The notes beneath the pieces were generated by a model, which saw only the letters and a program-made list of their open reading frames with translations, had not been told where the DNA came from and did not search any database. Made by a program: the position numbers and the translations under genes. Shown piece by piece: positions 14,566 through 28,919 of a stretch of 64,000 bases of DNA. The stretch's first letter is position 1. Every line of letters begins with the position of its first letter. The stretch is from Piromyces finnis finn. Taxonomy: Eukaryota > Fungi > Neocallimastigomycota. The stretch is taken from contig MCFH01000020.1 of NCBI GenBank assembly GCA_002104945.1, forward strand, positions 434,001-498,000. The letters run 5' to 3'.

Positions 14566-17175
14566 TTACTTGGCTTCTTCTAAAATAATAACATTATCTG
14601 AATCTACTTTTTCATCTTCTTTCTTATCTGTCTTCTTAAATTTCTTATATAAACCAAAGGTAACTAAATTCTTTAAACCTTCCTTTCTCTTTTCTAATTT
14701 TTCTAATTGTTTTTCAATTTCCTTAGTTTGAAGTTCTCTTTGTTCATCAACTAATTTAGCCCATTCTTCTCTTCTTTCTAAGAATGAATGACGTGTTTGT
14801 ATTCTTCTTTCTTCCATTTCATTAACTGGATTTTGCCATTCTGGAGTAACAACACCAATTACACCTTCATGAGAATCGGCACGACCACCTAAGAAAGCAT
14901 TAAAGAAACCTCTGGCTGGATCCTCTTTTTTATTATTATTAAATATATTTGTTGATAATTTATGATTTTATTCATAAAAGTTTTGTATATTTATTTTTAT
15001 TGTTATTAATATTATTGTAAATTTAATTAAAATTTTAATTTTATAATTTATTAAATATTTTTAAATGATATATATATATTTTTAAATTAGCATTTTTGAA
15101 TAAGGATAAAAATATATTTTTTCTTAAATATGAAAATATAATTTAAGTATATATTTACTCTTCAAGTGTAAACGAGCCATCTTTTCTCTGTGTTCTTCAT
15201 TGAATTGTTCTCTTAATTCTTCTTGATATTCAGCAAATGCTTTTGGAATATATTTACCGGAATATGATTGTAAAACAGGTCTAACATCATCTGGAGCTGT
15301 TATAACCAAGGCTATTTTATTATTTAATATTTAATGGTTAATTTTGGTTAAATTTATATTTATTAGCTCTTGATCATTATATTAATCTTTCCTAATAGCA
15401 TGACTTTTTATTAATTATAATTAAACTTACTTTCTAAGAATGAAATTAATTTTAAGAGTTCAGTATCATTCTTATCACCAGTGAATTTAGATATAGAAAT
15501 TGCATTATTTGGTTGTAATAAAGAACCTTCTGAATTAATATCAATCAATATTGTTTTTGAGATATCTCTATTATATTGACTTAAGTCCTTAACCTTCTTC
15601 TTATTAACAGTAACTAAAGAATCGTTGTATAAACGATACATAATTAAACCGTATGGATCGATTTTATCGATTAATGGTGCAGCAAGCTTTCATTAATTAG
15701 TTTTTGAATGAATTATTACAAATGATATTGATGTTTGTGGATTTATAGAGATGATTATAAATTGAAATTAGATATGTTAATTATTACTATATATTATTTG
15801 ATCGTTTATAATGTCTTTTCCTGTTATATCCATATATTTTATATATAATAGTGTTTTCCACTTTATGGCTATCACTAAATAATACTTAATTGTTAAAATA
15901 TAATACTTACAATAGGTGAAGATGTTGAGACAATAACAATTTCATAAAAGTTAGATAAATATTGAATGAAGAAATCTAAACCTGGTCTCTTAGCAATTCT
16001 CCAACCTTTTTCTCTCTATAAGAATATAAAATTAAAAAAATAAAACGAATATTTATAATTTAATATTTTCTTATCATATAAGAAATTATTTTAAAATTAA
16101 TTTTCACTTCTTTTTTAATAATAAAAATTTCAAATGATTATATTTACCTCCCATTCAACTGAAATTAAGGTATCATCTAAATTAAGAACTAAAGTGTATG
16201 GATGACCATATGGTTCTGGTAAGAGGTCTGGTAAGAGTTTTTTTTCGGCATTTCTCTATTTTATTAATAAAAGTTTACACAAAATTTCTTAGTTTACATT
16301 TAGATATTTCACTTTTTTTATTACATACTGAAAAAAGTATTATAATATTACTTTATCATTAATTCTTTTTTTGGATCTTTCAACCCAAGCTTCTGGATTT
16401 AATGGATCGGTCTTTTCAAAAGGACGACCTTTATTAATATATTAAATAATGTTTGTTTTTTTGGCAAAATATAATTAAAATAAGATTTTTAATATAATAT
16501 ATATAATATAATAAGTTATATATTAATTATTTTTATATTGATAGAAATGTTGATTGAAATTTTGTTATTATAATTTTTAATTATTTTTTAAAAACTAATT
16601 TCTCAATATATATCATTATTTTTTTAACAAAAAATTGAAGGCGCTGTTCACTTTAATTCTTTTTATAATAATACATTGCTATTGCTACTGACTAAATATA
16701 TTTAATCCATATACAAAAATATGAAAAAAAAAAACTTTGTTAATATATTACCATAGTATAATAAAGCAGAAAGACTAAGAGCACTAGAAAAAAGGAAAAT
16801 ATTTCTTAAAAAGTGTGTTTCTCTTTCTTCTGGATTTTCTTTTCCTTTATTATTATCTTCTTTTTTTTCTTTTTTTTGTTTTGGTGGTGAATTTTGTTTT
16901 TTTTGTTCTTTTAATTTTTCTTCACCGAGTTTCATAGCATCGAAATCGCTAACATTCTTTTTTGGAATTTCACTTTCTTTGTTATCTTTATTATTTTCAT
17001 CTTTTTGTGTGGAATATAATTTAACATTCATCATATTAGAATTAATTATATTGGCATTAATGCTACGTAAATTTGGATAATATGAATTAGTAATTAATCT
17101 GGAAGAAGAAGGGATTAGTTGGGAAAATCCAACTAATCTACTTGGAATTTTTGAAGTAATGGACGATATTGACAT
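14566..17175 (-). CDS. TIM50: Inner-membrane import translocase subunit Tim50, multi-exon
   Basis: Ser/Arg-rich N-terminal presequence and a TM segment ([21 protein letters not shown]). FCP1-like domain with [37 protein letters not shown] and [17 protein letters not shown]; coiled-coil C-terminus. Confidence 0.93.
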
Positions 17176-17908
17176 GTTGGTATTAACTATTATATTAGCG
17201 TTTATTTTTTTAAAAAAAAAAAAAAGGAAAGAAAGAATTAAAGATATGTATATATATAATTTCCCATTATTTTAATATTGATATTGAAAACATAGTTTTA
17301 TTGAAGAAATGGTTTCAATTAAATAGAATAATAAATGATATTATAATATAAAATATATATATATAAATTAATATCTATAATAGTTTATTTATAATTATTC
17401 ATATTAAAATATTATTTTAAAAAGTTTTCTACCTTTATATAATTAATTTTATATTATTTGATTTATAAAATAAAATATTTCAATTCGATGACAAAAAAAA
17501 ATACCAATAAAGAAAAAAAAAAAATATTTATTATTAAATTTTATATATAAGAATAATGATATATATGTATAATATACCTCTATGAAGTTAAAAAAAAAAT
17601 TGTTTTTTATTATTGAATACAAAATTTATAAAGAAAAATAAAAAGTTAATGATTAATCCCACAATTTAATATAATATAATTTAATATATTATCAAAAATA
17701 TATTATTTTTATTGAAAATTATTTATTCTCTTTTTTTTTATACTATAGATAAATTATTATTTATATTTAAAAGTAAATAATATCCAATCATAATATATTA
17801 TTAATATAAAAAGATCTTTAATTTTTATAGTATTTCCTTACCAATCATATTATAAATCTATGTGGAATTTACATAAAATATAATATATATAAAATTTATA
17901 TAGATTAA

Positions 17909-18043
17909 ATGAAAAATTCATGGTATATAGAGTGGGTAAGAGTGAATTTCTTCTGGCCAAAAAGTTTGGTTAAAATCGAAAAAAATATTAATTCATCAAA
18001 TAGTATTAAAAACAGAATAACTGAAATGATTAATATTGCATAG
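17909..18043 (+). pseudogene. Possible fossil of a Ty3/gypsy integrase zinc-binding region
   Basis: Short frame reads MKNSWYIEWVRVNFFWPKSLVKIEKNINSSNSIKNR, resembling the integrase H2C2 pattern (..VRxxFxWPxxxxxIxxxIxxCxxC..) with the His/Cys ligands lost. No other LTR-element parts nearby. Confidence 0.35.
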
Positions 18044-18323
18044 TATTAGAATAGAATAACAAAATAGGTAGGTAGCTAACTTTATCTTCTTTCTAAAAAT
18101 AAATATTTACAAAATTGCTTTTATTTTTTTTTATTGTGTTTAATAATACATTAAATTATCACAGCTATATAAAAAAATGCATTTTTTACATTTTATATAT
18201 AATAATTTTATACACTTTATACACCTTTTTTTTTTTTTTTTTCTAGTTTCTCATTATCATTTTTATTAAGTACAGAAATATATTTAAATTTTTAATAAAG
18301 TCTCTTAATAAATATGAATAGTA

Positions 18324-20540
18324 TCATTTATTATAAAATAAACTAATGAATGAGTGATCATCATTAATTGATGATGAAAATTCTTTAAATGCACCCATTA
18401 ATTTTTCAGGACTTTTAATATTATTTATAATCATGGATTGGTATTTATCCTTATAATCATCATATGAACGTATAACACCATCCGATGCTATTATAAATAA
18501 TCTTAATTCTGAATTTTTTATTGATGTAATTTCGGGTATACGTTTTAAACTACAATCTCGAATAAAATTTTCTTTATTTAAAATATTAATAGTAGATGAA
18601 AATAATTTAGACGTTGAAAGATTTTTCTTAGATAGTGTTATATGTTTTGAAAGTAACGACCAATTTGGTCGGGATATTAAAAATGAAATTATTTCTTCAT
18701 AAGAGAATTGATTAGAAAGATTATGTAATTCTTTTAATGAAATATCTGGGTTTTTTTCAAATTCAAATTTAAATTCAGATAGAAATGTTGTCGTTGGAGG
18801 TGAAAACAATTGAAGGTTATTATCACTTACAACCATAATGTTATTTTTTTGTTTCATTGCGTTTATATTCTGATTTTGAGTTGAGTTACCATTTTTGCTA
18901 ATTATCTCTTCTTTATTATCACGATGATTAGATGAATAGTTTGGGGTATTTTTATTTTCGGAAATGCTTGAAGGAGAATTAAAATATTGTAGAATTGAGG
19001 ATTGGACAAGAACTTTTTTCTTTGAAATTAAATTATTATTGGTTTGTATAAGTGAAGGTTCATCTTCTTCATTTTCAACAGGGTCTATATCCATAGCATT
19101 AATTGATCGGGTTCTTACTAATGGTGTTTGTTTTAATTTTAATTGAATAGTTAATTGATTTAATCGTTCTCGCCTTAGAGTTCTAAAAGTTTCTATTTCT
19201 TTTACAAATGTATTAAAAATAGTTGGTTCATAAATACTATCACCTATTGTTCCCCATACATTTAATGCTGAAAATCCAATTCTTACATGTTCAGATTTAA
19301 GATCATTTTTTCTACTTTTATTAGATCTATGATTTTTTTGATATTTTTTAGGTAAATTATCGGTATTAAATTTCTCTAATATTTTTTGTTTTTCATCTTG
19401 TTCTGTTATGATCTTTGATAGTGGTTTATGATTTTGAGGTTGCGATAACACTAAAAATATATTAGAATCTATTAATTGTTGATGAAGTGATGTGTTTTCA
19501 ATATTATGCTCTTGAAATAACTAATGGTAATTATATATTATATTAATATTTACGAATATGTTTTTTTTTTTTAAAAAAAAAAAAAATATTTATGGATAGA
19601 TATAATTATAGAATGGATAAAATACCATTTTTGGTTTTTCTTCTTGATTTTTCCATATAATAATAGGACTATCACCTAAAAATGAAAAATAGGTTGTTTC
19701 TTCTGTTATTAAAGCTACTGAAGCTGTTGACCCTGAGCTTTTTAAATTATATTACCAAGGTTAATGTACAATTAGTTAAGATTTTATATTGTTCCAAAAG
19801 TATAATTTAATTATGATTTAATTAATTAATAGATTTATTAATATCAATAAAATATACTAAAACTTCAATAAATATCAAAATAAATAATATATATACCAAT
19901 AAATATATGTTTGTTCTTCTGGTTTGTAATTTTTACATTCTAGTAATTTTTTATGTAAATTGGTATATGTTTCTTTTAAAGCTTTTGTATATTCTCCCTG
20001 TTTAAAAGAAATATTTGCACATAATTCATATGGAAACATTTGTTGTAGATACGTACTACAAAAGCTTCCACAATGACCATCAAAAACTAATTCATTTTAT
20101 AATTTATTTAAAAAAAAAAAAAATATAAAATATAAATTATTTTAATTATTAAAAAAAAAGAATATATGAAAATTTTATTTTCTTTTTCTATAATTTCATT
20201 CCTAAACTTTTTGTAATTTAACATTATTTGTTAATTTCTATGTAATGATTTTATTTATTTACTCTATATTCTTATAAAATTTTTCTAGTCAAATCGTTAT
20301 TAAAAAGTATTCACCTGCATATAATTTTATATTTAAATTTTCATTTTCGGATAATAGTTGTTCCTTGGAGTATAATGTTTTTTCTTCATAAAAATTTCTA
20401 CTATAAGCAGTATAATTTTCATTTATATACTCAATAAGATCTGGAATTACAATGATACGGTCTTCTTTCGATGCCGAATAATATTCTGAACCCTTACATA
20501 TAAACTGACAACGATAGAGTGAATCTTGACGAGTCTTCAT
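18324..20540 (-). CDS. PP2C/PPM-family phosphatase with a ~235-aa internal insertion
   Basis: Motifs in the correct order across exons: SKEDRI, VFDGHCG, SGSTA, FLGDS, LNVWGTIGDS, PEIT, FIIASDGV, NDDHS. ATG at 20540, stop at 18324-18326. Confidence 0.85.
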
Positions 20541-21599
20541 TTTATTATTATTCTTTATTTTTTGGTTGTACTTTTTTTTTTCTTTTTTTATCTGGTGATA
20601 ATATTTAAAAAAAAAAAAAAAGTTTTCAAATAATATAATTATATTCAAATAATTTTAATATATTATTATTAAAAATATTGAGTAAATATATATATATAAA
20701 AAAAAAAAAAGATTATTTTTCATTAAATATTATTCTTTATTTTCTTTCATTTTTCTTTTATTTTTTAAAAATAAAAATAAAAGAAAATAAATTTAGGTTA
20801 AAATCAATTCTTCATATATTAAAAATAAATGAATTTTTTAGATTTGATTAAATTTATTTCATGGAGTATAAAACTTTTTAAAAATGTTTGAAAAAACACA
20901 AAAATATTAGACACTTTCATATTTATTATTTATATATATATATTTTTTTTATTATTATTATTTTATTTTTTTTTTTTTTATTTATTTTATTATTAAATAA
21001 CAAATTACAACTTTTTTTTTTAAGAATATCTTTGGTATTTTTTTTTTTTTTTTTTTGTTTAGAATTTTTTTAATAATGAAAAATTCAACTAAAAGGGAAA
21101 ATATGAACTATATAAAATAAAAATTTTTTATGTATTATAAAATTTAAATTATATATAATTGTTTATCAAATAAATAAATACAATTGTGTTGATGTCTCTT
21201 TTTTTTAAAGGTTTGTTTGTTTGTTTGTTTTCGTATCATCAACGGATCATTGTTAATTCATTTTTAATTAAATTGATTTCCTTTGTAAAATATTTTTTTA
21301 GCCTATTTTACTTTTTAAAAATTGCTATTTATTAATATAGCAAATTAAAAAGTTACTATGTTTTTTTTTTTTTTTCTCTAAAAATAATAAAATCTTTTGT
21401 TAAAATTAAAATATTGCTTTTAATAATTCGATATAGTATTTTTTTTAACGAAAACAACTAATAAAAATCTATTAGTTTGTATGTAAATATGAATAATAAA
21501 TATTAATAAAAAAAAAAAAAAGGAATTTTTATAGGTATTAAATTTTATAAATTTCTATTTGTTAGGGAAAAAAATCCTTTTCTTTTCATTTTATTTAGC

Positions 21600-24500
21600 T
21601 TATAATGTACGCTTTCCTAAAACTAATGAAAGTAAGGCCATTCTGACGTATAAACCATACTTCATTTGACGGAAGTAAGCAGCACGTGGATCAAAGTCAA
21701 CTTCTGGAGAAATTTCATTAACACGTGGAAGTGGATGCATAACAATCATGGTAGATTTAGCAGCACTTAAAACAGAGTTAGTGATAATGTATGAGTTGAA
21801 GACCTTCTTGTATTCTTCTTCATCAGTGAAACGTTCCTTTTGAATACGAGTAACATAAAGAACATCAGTATCGGCAATAACGTCATTTAAGTTAGTGTAT
21901 TCCTTTTGTTGAATGTTTAATTTGTCAAGTTCTTCAATAATATCCTTTGGCATTCTTAATGAATCTGGAGCAACATAGTTGATCTTGATTTGGTAGTTAC
22001 TAAGAAGTCTGCAAAGAGAGTGAACAGTACGACCATTCTTTAAGTCACCAACTAAAGTAATTGTTAAGTTGTTTAAGGTACCTAATTCTTCACGAATAGT
22101 AAAGGCATCTAAGAAGGCTTGAGTTGGGTGTTCACCAATACCATCACCAGCATTGATAATTGGAATGGTTGAGTACTTGGCAGCTAAGGCAGCAGCTCCT
22201 GGCATTGGATGACGGAGAGCAATAACATCAGCGTACATACCAACGGTTCTAATGGTATCTTGAAGAGTTTCACCCTTAGTAACAGAGGAAGTACTTTCCT
22301 TAATTGGAACAACTGAACCACCTAATCTTAACATAGCAGTTTCAAAGGAGGAACAGGTACGAGTAGATGGTTCATAGAAAGCAGTACAGAGAATTCTTCC
22401 AGTTAATAATGGAATGTAACCTTGTCTTTCAACAACAGTACGCATTTCTTGAGCAACACCGAATAATAAGTGAAGGTTATCACGGTCAAATTGACGGACA
22501 CTAAGAATGTTTTGCTTGTAGAATGGAGAAGCACCACCAAAGATTGAAGATAAGGAGTTTGGAAGGTCAGCAATGTATTGAGAACGTGGGTTTCTTAAGA
22601 TACTCTTTGGTTGTTCAGTTAACATAGATGGCTTAATTTGAGACTTCATTAAGTTGGACATAGCACTTGGTTCAGAGGAAGATCTAGAAAGAGAGTGTTG
22701 TTCTGGAGTTTCAGATAAAGAAACGGTTCTAACTCTTCTTGGACTCTTTGGAGAAGCAGAAATAAGAGTAGTTTCCTTTGGAACATGTGGAGTGTTGGTA
22801 ATGTTAACAATAGCAGATAAGTCACGACCCTTAACAGCTTCTGGGAAGAATGAACCATCTAAATAGACAGTTTGACCTCTAATAACGGTACGGTGGACGT
22901 GACCGTAGAGAGTCTTACCTTCTAAGGCAGACCATTGAAGATTAGAAGTTTCAAAACTATCCTTAACAACATTAATTCTACGATCAAGTTCAATTTCAAC
23001 GTAGGTGTTTGGTTGTTCTGGAATATCAAAGATACGACGTGGGTTGTGGTATAAGCGATCAACAATATCATTAAGAGTAAGTCTTCCATCATTAACAGCA
23101 GTTAATAATAATGGTAAGGCTTCTTCAATACCAACAGAAGTGCTCTTATAACCATTTTCCTTAGCAATGTAGTATGGAGTTGGACCAACAGAGAAACAGT
23201 CAATAACATCAATATTAGCCCAGAGAGCATCAACATCATCTGGACTTGAGAGGAACTTAGTATTAATATCTTCATTAGAAAGGAAGAGATTGTAGATATT
23301 AACATCACAAGTAACCTTAATACCCTTTTCCTTACTGATGGAAATTAAGTTAATATCTTGTTCAGTAGTAACGTTGGTAATGTGAATGGCTCTGTCTTGT
23401 AAGTTGGCAAGGAACATGAATGCAGCTAAATTAGCATTCTTAGCATCAGCAACAACTGGGAAGGAAGATGGCCATTTGTTTAAGAACTTGATAATATCAG
23501 ACATTCTATCCTTTAAATTAACTGGGTATTGATCATCAAGTGGAACTAATAAGGAAGTACAGTCACTAACAATCTTATCAATTTCATCAATGTTTTCTGG
23601 AGTAGCTAAAGCATTAAGAATGTAATCACAGTAAGCATTGCTGTGGCAGTTGTTGTGAGTTTTTTGTAATTCAGCAGAATTGCTAAGAATACAATTATCA
23701 CCAACTGGCATAAGGCTTGAAACAGTGAAACCACCAGCAATAGCACCCTTAGTGAGGTTAGTGAAGTTTTGGGCTTCATCAACCTTAGTACTAGAAAGGT
23801 TATTGAAGAAGGTTTGAATGTTAATTAAACCTGGAATTTGAGCAGTGTGGTGACTGGTCTTAAAATCGTGAGAAGAAATATCAAACTTGAAGTTTCTACT
23901 TAAAGCTTCAACAAATACCTTGGCACATTTAATGTTAGTAATAAGTGGAACAGCTAAATCAACAGCCATTCTTCTGGTCTTGTAACCAGTACTGATGTAA
24001 CTAGCTGGACGTCTGAATCTGTTCTTGGATGGTAAGTTAATGTATAAATCAATAAGGTTGTTAGATAAATGTTGACTAAGACTGTATTCTTGGTATTGAC
24101 CCTTTTCATTGTCAATAGCTTCTAAGTATTTGACTGGAATACCATGTTCGTGAATGAAATCAGCAGTACCAGATGTGGCAAAGAGTTGGAATCCCATTTC
24201 ATGAAGACGCTTAACAGATGGTAAGAATTCAACCTTTTCCTTGTAAGAACCAATAGATAATAAAATGTTCTTCTTTGGAAGAGTGAAACCAGTAGAAAGA
24301 AGAGCCTTTAAGTAAGCTTCATATTTGTTATCACCGAAACAAGCAACTTCACCAGTAGAAGCCATTTCAACACCAAGAACTGGATCAGCACCAGTAAGTC
24401 TACTGAAACTGAATTGTGGAACCTTGACAGCAACACGATCATAGGAAACGTTGGCTAATTTTTCAGTATCAATTGGTAAGTTAAGCATAACCTTAGTAGC

Positions 24501-27500
24501 TAATTCAATTAAATCAATACCAACAACCTTAGAAACGAATGGGAAGGATCTTGAAGATCTAACATTACATTCAATAACCTTAATTTCGTTGTTCTTAGCA
24601 ATGAATTGAATGTTGTATGGACCAGTAACGTTTAAGGCATTACCAATTTTTCTAGTAGCATTTTCTAACTTCTTGATGGTTTCTGGATCTAAATCTTGTG
24701 GTGGTAAAACTAAAGTAGCATCACCAGAGTGAACACCAGCATTTTCGACGTGTTCAGAAATAACATGCATGATTAATTTACCATTGATAGCGACAGCATC
24801 CATTTCAATTTCCTTAGCTTCTTCAATGTACTTAGTAATAACGACTGGGTATTCTCTAGAAACAGCAGTAGCTTGTTCTAAGAAGTTTTGTAAATCATTT
24901 TCAGAATAAACGACATTCATAGCAGCACCAGAAAGGACATATGATGGTCTAACAAGTACTGGGAAACCAACATCTTCACAGAACTTAGAAGCTTCACTAA
25001 TACTAGTTAATTCCTTCCATTGTGGTTGATCAACACCGATTTTATCTAACATACGAGAGAACTTGTATCTGTTTTCGGCATTATCAATCATTTCTGGTGA
25101 AGTACCTAAGATCTTGACATTTTGACGATGTAAGCGAAGAGCAATGTTGTTTGGAGTTTGACCACCCATAGAAATAATAACACCTTCGGAGCATTCAACT
25201 TCATAAATATCTAAAACTCTTTCAAGAGTTAAAGTTTCAAAGTATAATCTATCAGCTTCATCATAATCAGTACTGACAGTTTCTGGGTTGTAGTTAACCA
25301 TAATAGTCTTAACATTGTTTTCACGTAAAGTACGAATGGCACGAACAGCACACCAATCGAATTCAACACTACTACCAATACGGTAAACACCACTACCAAG
25401 AACCATAACACCATGATCATTGAAATCAATATCATGTTCAACAGCATTATAGGTCATGTATAAGTAGTTAGTATAACATGGGAATTCAGCAGCAACAGTA
25501 TCAATTTGCTTAACAAATGGCTTAATTTGGTAATCAGCACGAATCTTTCTAATAGCTAATTCAGAAGTTTGTAAAATCTTACCAAGTTGAACATCAGAGA
25601 AACCTAATTGCTTAGAACTTAATAAGAGAGATCTTGGAAGAGTTTGTGGAGTGTAGTCAGCAATCTTTCTTTCTAAATCAACAATGTTCTTAAGTTTGTT
25701 TAAGAACCATTTATCAATTCTTGTTAATTCCCAAATCTTGTCAACAGTGTATCCCTTGTGGAAGGCATTACCAATAGCGAATAAACGTTGGTCAGATGGG
25801 TGAATTAATTCATCTTCAAGAGATGGAATCTTCTTGTCCATACCGAAACCAATAAAGGAATCATCAACAGCACGAATAGCCTTTTGAATAGTTTCTTCGA
25901 AAGTTCTACCAATAGCCATAACTTCACCAACACTCTTCATAGAAGAAGAAATCTTAGTACTAACTCTGTTGAATTTCTTTAAATCCCATCTTGGAATCTT
26001 AACAATACAGTAATCTAAACTTGGTTCAAAACAAGCGATAGTAGACTTGGTAACATTGTTCATAACTTCAGTTAATGGAATACCTAAAGCTAACTTAGCA
26101 GCAACAAAGGCTAATGGATAACCAGTAGCCTTAGAAGCTAAAGCAGAAGATCTAGAAAGACGAGCATTAACTTCAATAATGCAGTATTCCTTTGATTGTG
26201 GATTAAGAGCATATTGAATGTTACATTCACCAACAACACCTAAATGACGAACAACATTAATAGCAGTATTACGAAGCATCATGTAATCTTCATCAGAAAG
26301 AGTTTGAGATGGAGCAACAACAATGGAATCACCAGTGTGAATACCTAATGGATCAAAGTTTTCCATGTTACAAACAGTAACACAATTGTCATTAACATCT
26401 CTGACAACTTCGTATTCAATTTCCTTCCAACCCTTCATAGATCTTTCAACTAAAACTTGTGGACTAGTAGCAAAAGCCTTATTACAAAGATCTCTTAATT
26501 GTTCTTCATTTTCAGCGAAACCAGAACCTAAACCACCAAGGGTATAAGCAGCACGAATAATTAATGGGTATTGAATACGGTTAGCAGCTTCAATAGCTTC
26601 TTCAAGAGAAGAAGCAGCTTCACTCTTGGCACATTTTTCATTAATTTCATATAAAGCTTGAGCGAATAATTCACGATCTTCAGTCATTTCAATAGTTTCA
26701 ATTGGAGTACCTAAAACCTTAACACCTAATTCCTTGAATTCATCCTTTAATTTAACACCAACATTTAAGGCAGTTTGACCACCAAAAGTACAACAAATAC
26801 CGTCTGGCTTTTCGTGAAGAATAACCTTACGAACGAAATCAGCTGTAACTGGAAGGAAGTAGATCTTATCAGCAAGACCTTGAGAGGTTTGAATAGTAGC
26901 AATGTTTGGATTGATTAAAATGGTGTAAATACCTTCTTCCTTGAAAGCCTTAATGGCCTATTCGTAATTAATTAAAAATAAATAAGAAAATTAATATCTA
27001 TACTTGATTTTTTTTCTTCAAATTTCTCCTTAACGATTATTTCGCAAAATAGTAACTTTTTTTTTTTTTTGAAATACTAGAATAACTCATCTATTATTAA
27101 ACTTTTTTATAATTTTTCTATTGAATTTATTACTGCCAGATAGTGTGATTCATTTATTAATTTACTCCGCGATAATATTTTTCGGATTTTAATAATACTT
27201 TACATAACAAATCCCATAAACTATTTTAATTTATAATAATTAAAAAACGAAAAAAAAAAAACTTACTTGAGAACCAGAATAATCGAATTCACCGGCTTGA
27301 CCAATAGATAAACCACCAGAACCTAAAATTAAAACCTTACGGATATTAACACGTTTTGGAGTATTAACCTTTTCCTTTTTAACTAAGGAAACTAATTTAC
27401 CACTTTCCTTACACTTCTTAATGACGCTAATGAAATCATCGAATAAGAATTCAGTATCCTTTGGACCTGGAGTAGCTTCTGGGTGGAATTGAACACTGAA

Positions 27501-28919
27501 GTATGGAAGAGTTTCGTGGTAAATACCTTCATTGGAAGAATCGTTAGCATTAACAAAGTATTCTTTCCAACCTTCTGGTAATGATTTAACATCAACAGCA
27601 TAACCATGGTTTTGTGAAGTGATGAAACAACGACCAGTTCTCATATCAGTACATGGAATGTTGTGACCACGGTTACCAAACTTCATCTTTTTGGTTGTAG
27701 CACCAGCAGCTAATGAAATAAGTTGGTGACCAAGACAAATACCAAACATTGGCTTATCTTCCTTTTTAATTTGAGCTCTTAAGTGTTCGATAGTAATCTT
27801 TAAGGAACTTGGATCACCTGGACCGTTACTAACGAAAACGGCATCATAATCATTATCCTTAAGGAAATCGTAATCCCATGGAACAACCTTAATGTCAACA
27901 CCACGTTTAACAAAACATCTGATTTGGTTGTTCTTCATACCAACATCAATAACTAAAATTTGAAGAGTTTTACCATCTGGACCCTTAATAGCAATACTTG
28001 GGTCAGCCTTGTAGTATTGAACTTCCTTAGTTGAAACTTCAGCAACTAAGTTACGAGTATTTGGATCATGCCATTCAACATCATCTAATTCCTTTAACCA
28101 ATTTGGAGCATTTGGATCAACAAACTTTTGATTATCACCAACAATAGATTTTGGGAATAAGATTTTACCTAATAAAACACCTTGAGTTCTTATCTTTTTA
28201 GTTAAAGCTCTGGTATCAATACCATATAAAGCTGGAACATTGTTTTCTTTTAACCAGTCAGATAAGGAAGACTTGGCTAAATAATGAGAATAATCAAGAG
28301 AGTATTGACCAATAATTAAACCAGCAACATGAATTTGAGAAGATTCAAAATACTTTGGTAAATTGTTTAATTCTTTTTCAACTTCATCTCTATCTGGAAC
28401 ACCATAGTTACCAACTAATGGGAAAGTTAAAACAAGAATTTGGCCTCTGTATGAAGGATCAGTTAAGGATTCTGGGTAACCAACCATACCTTTTATTCAA
28501 AATATTTCATTTTTTTTAAATGTTCAATATACCAAAAGAATTATTCATTTTATAATCATTCCACAAAAAATAATATTTAAATAAGATTGATTAAATATAA
28601 TTCATTGAAAAAATACGCCAATATACAACAACAAATTTGAATTTATAAAATTGATAAAATAGACAAATATAAAAAGAAAAAGAAAGTTAATAAAACCTAT
28701 TTAAAAATAGGAAATTATTATATATCCTCGATAAAAAAAAAAAATCTCACCAGTTTGGAAAACACATTCACCAGCAATGGAACGTTCAGCACCAAAAGAA
28801 ATACCTTGTAAAGCGGTATTATCATTTAAGTAAAGAGTTCCAATAACTGGATTTTCTTCTAAGATAGCATGAACTGGTGGGTATGGAACAGAATCGTTTT
28901 GGATATTTGCAGATGGCAT
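21600..28919 (-). CDS. URA2: Multifunctional pyrimidine synthesis protein URA2/CAD (GATase-CPSase-pseudo-DHOase-ATCase); exons 28919-28751, 28489-27267, 26957-21600
   Basis: GATase GICLGHQ and QFHPE; two CPS ATP-grasp domains ([22 protein letters not shown]); MGS domain; ATCase [18 protein letters not shown]. Both GT-AG introns splice in frame. Confidence 0.98.

Noticed and set aside
16180-16215. Tim50 FCP1-like domain as an active phosphatase
   Set aside because: The DxDxT motif reads NLDDT, the degenerate state expected for fungal Tim50.
22649-27607. Small overlapping ORFs within URA2
   Set aside because: Alternate-frame or antisense shadows of a codon-biased gene; no motifs.
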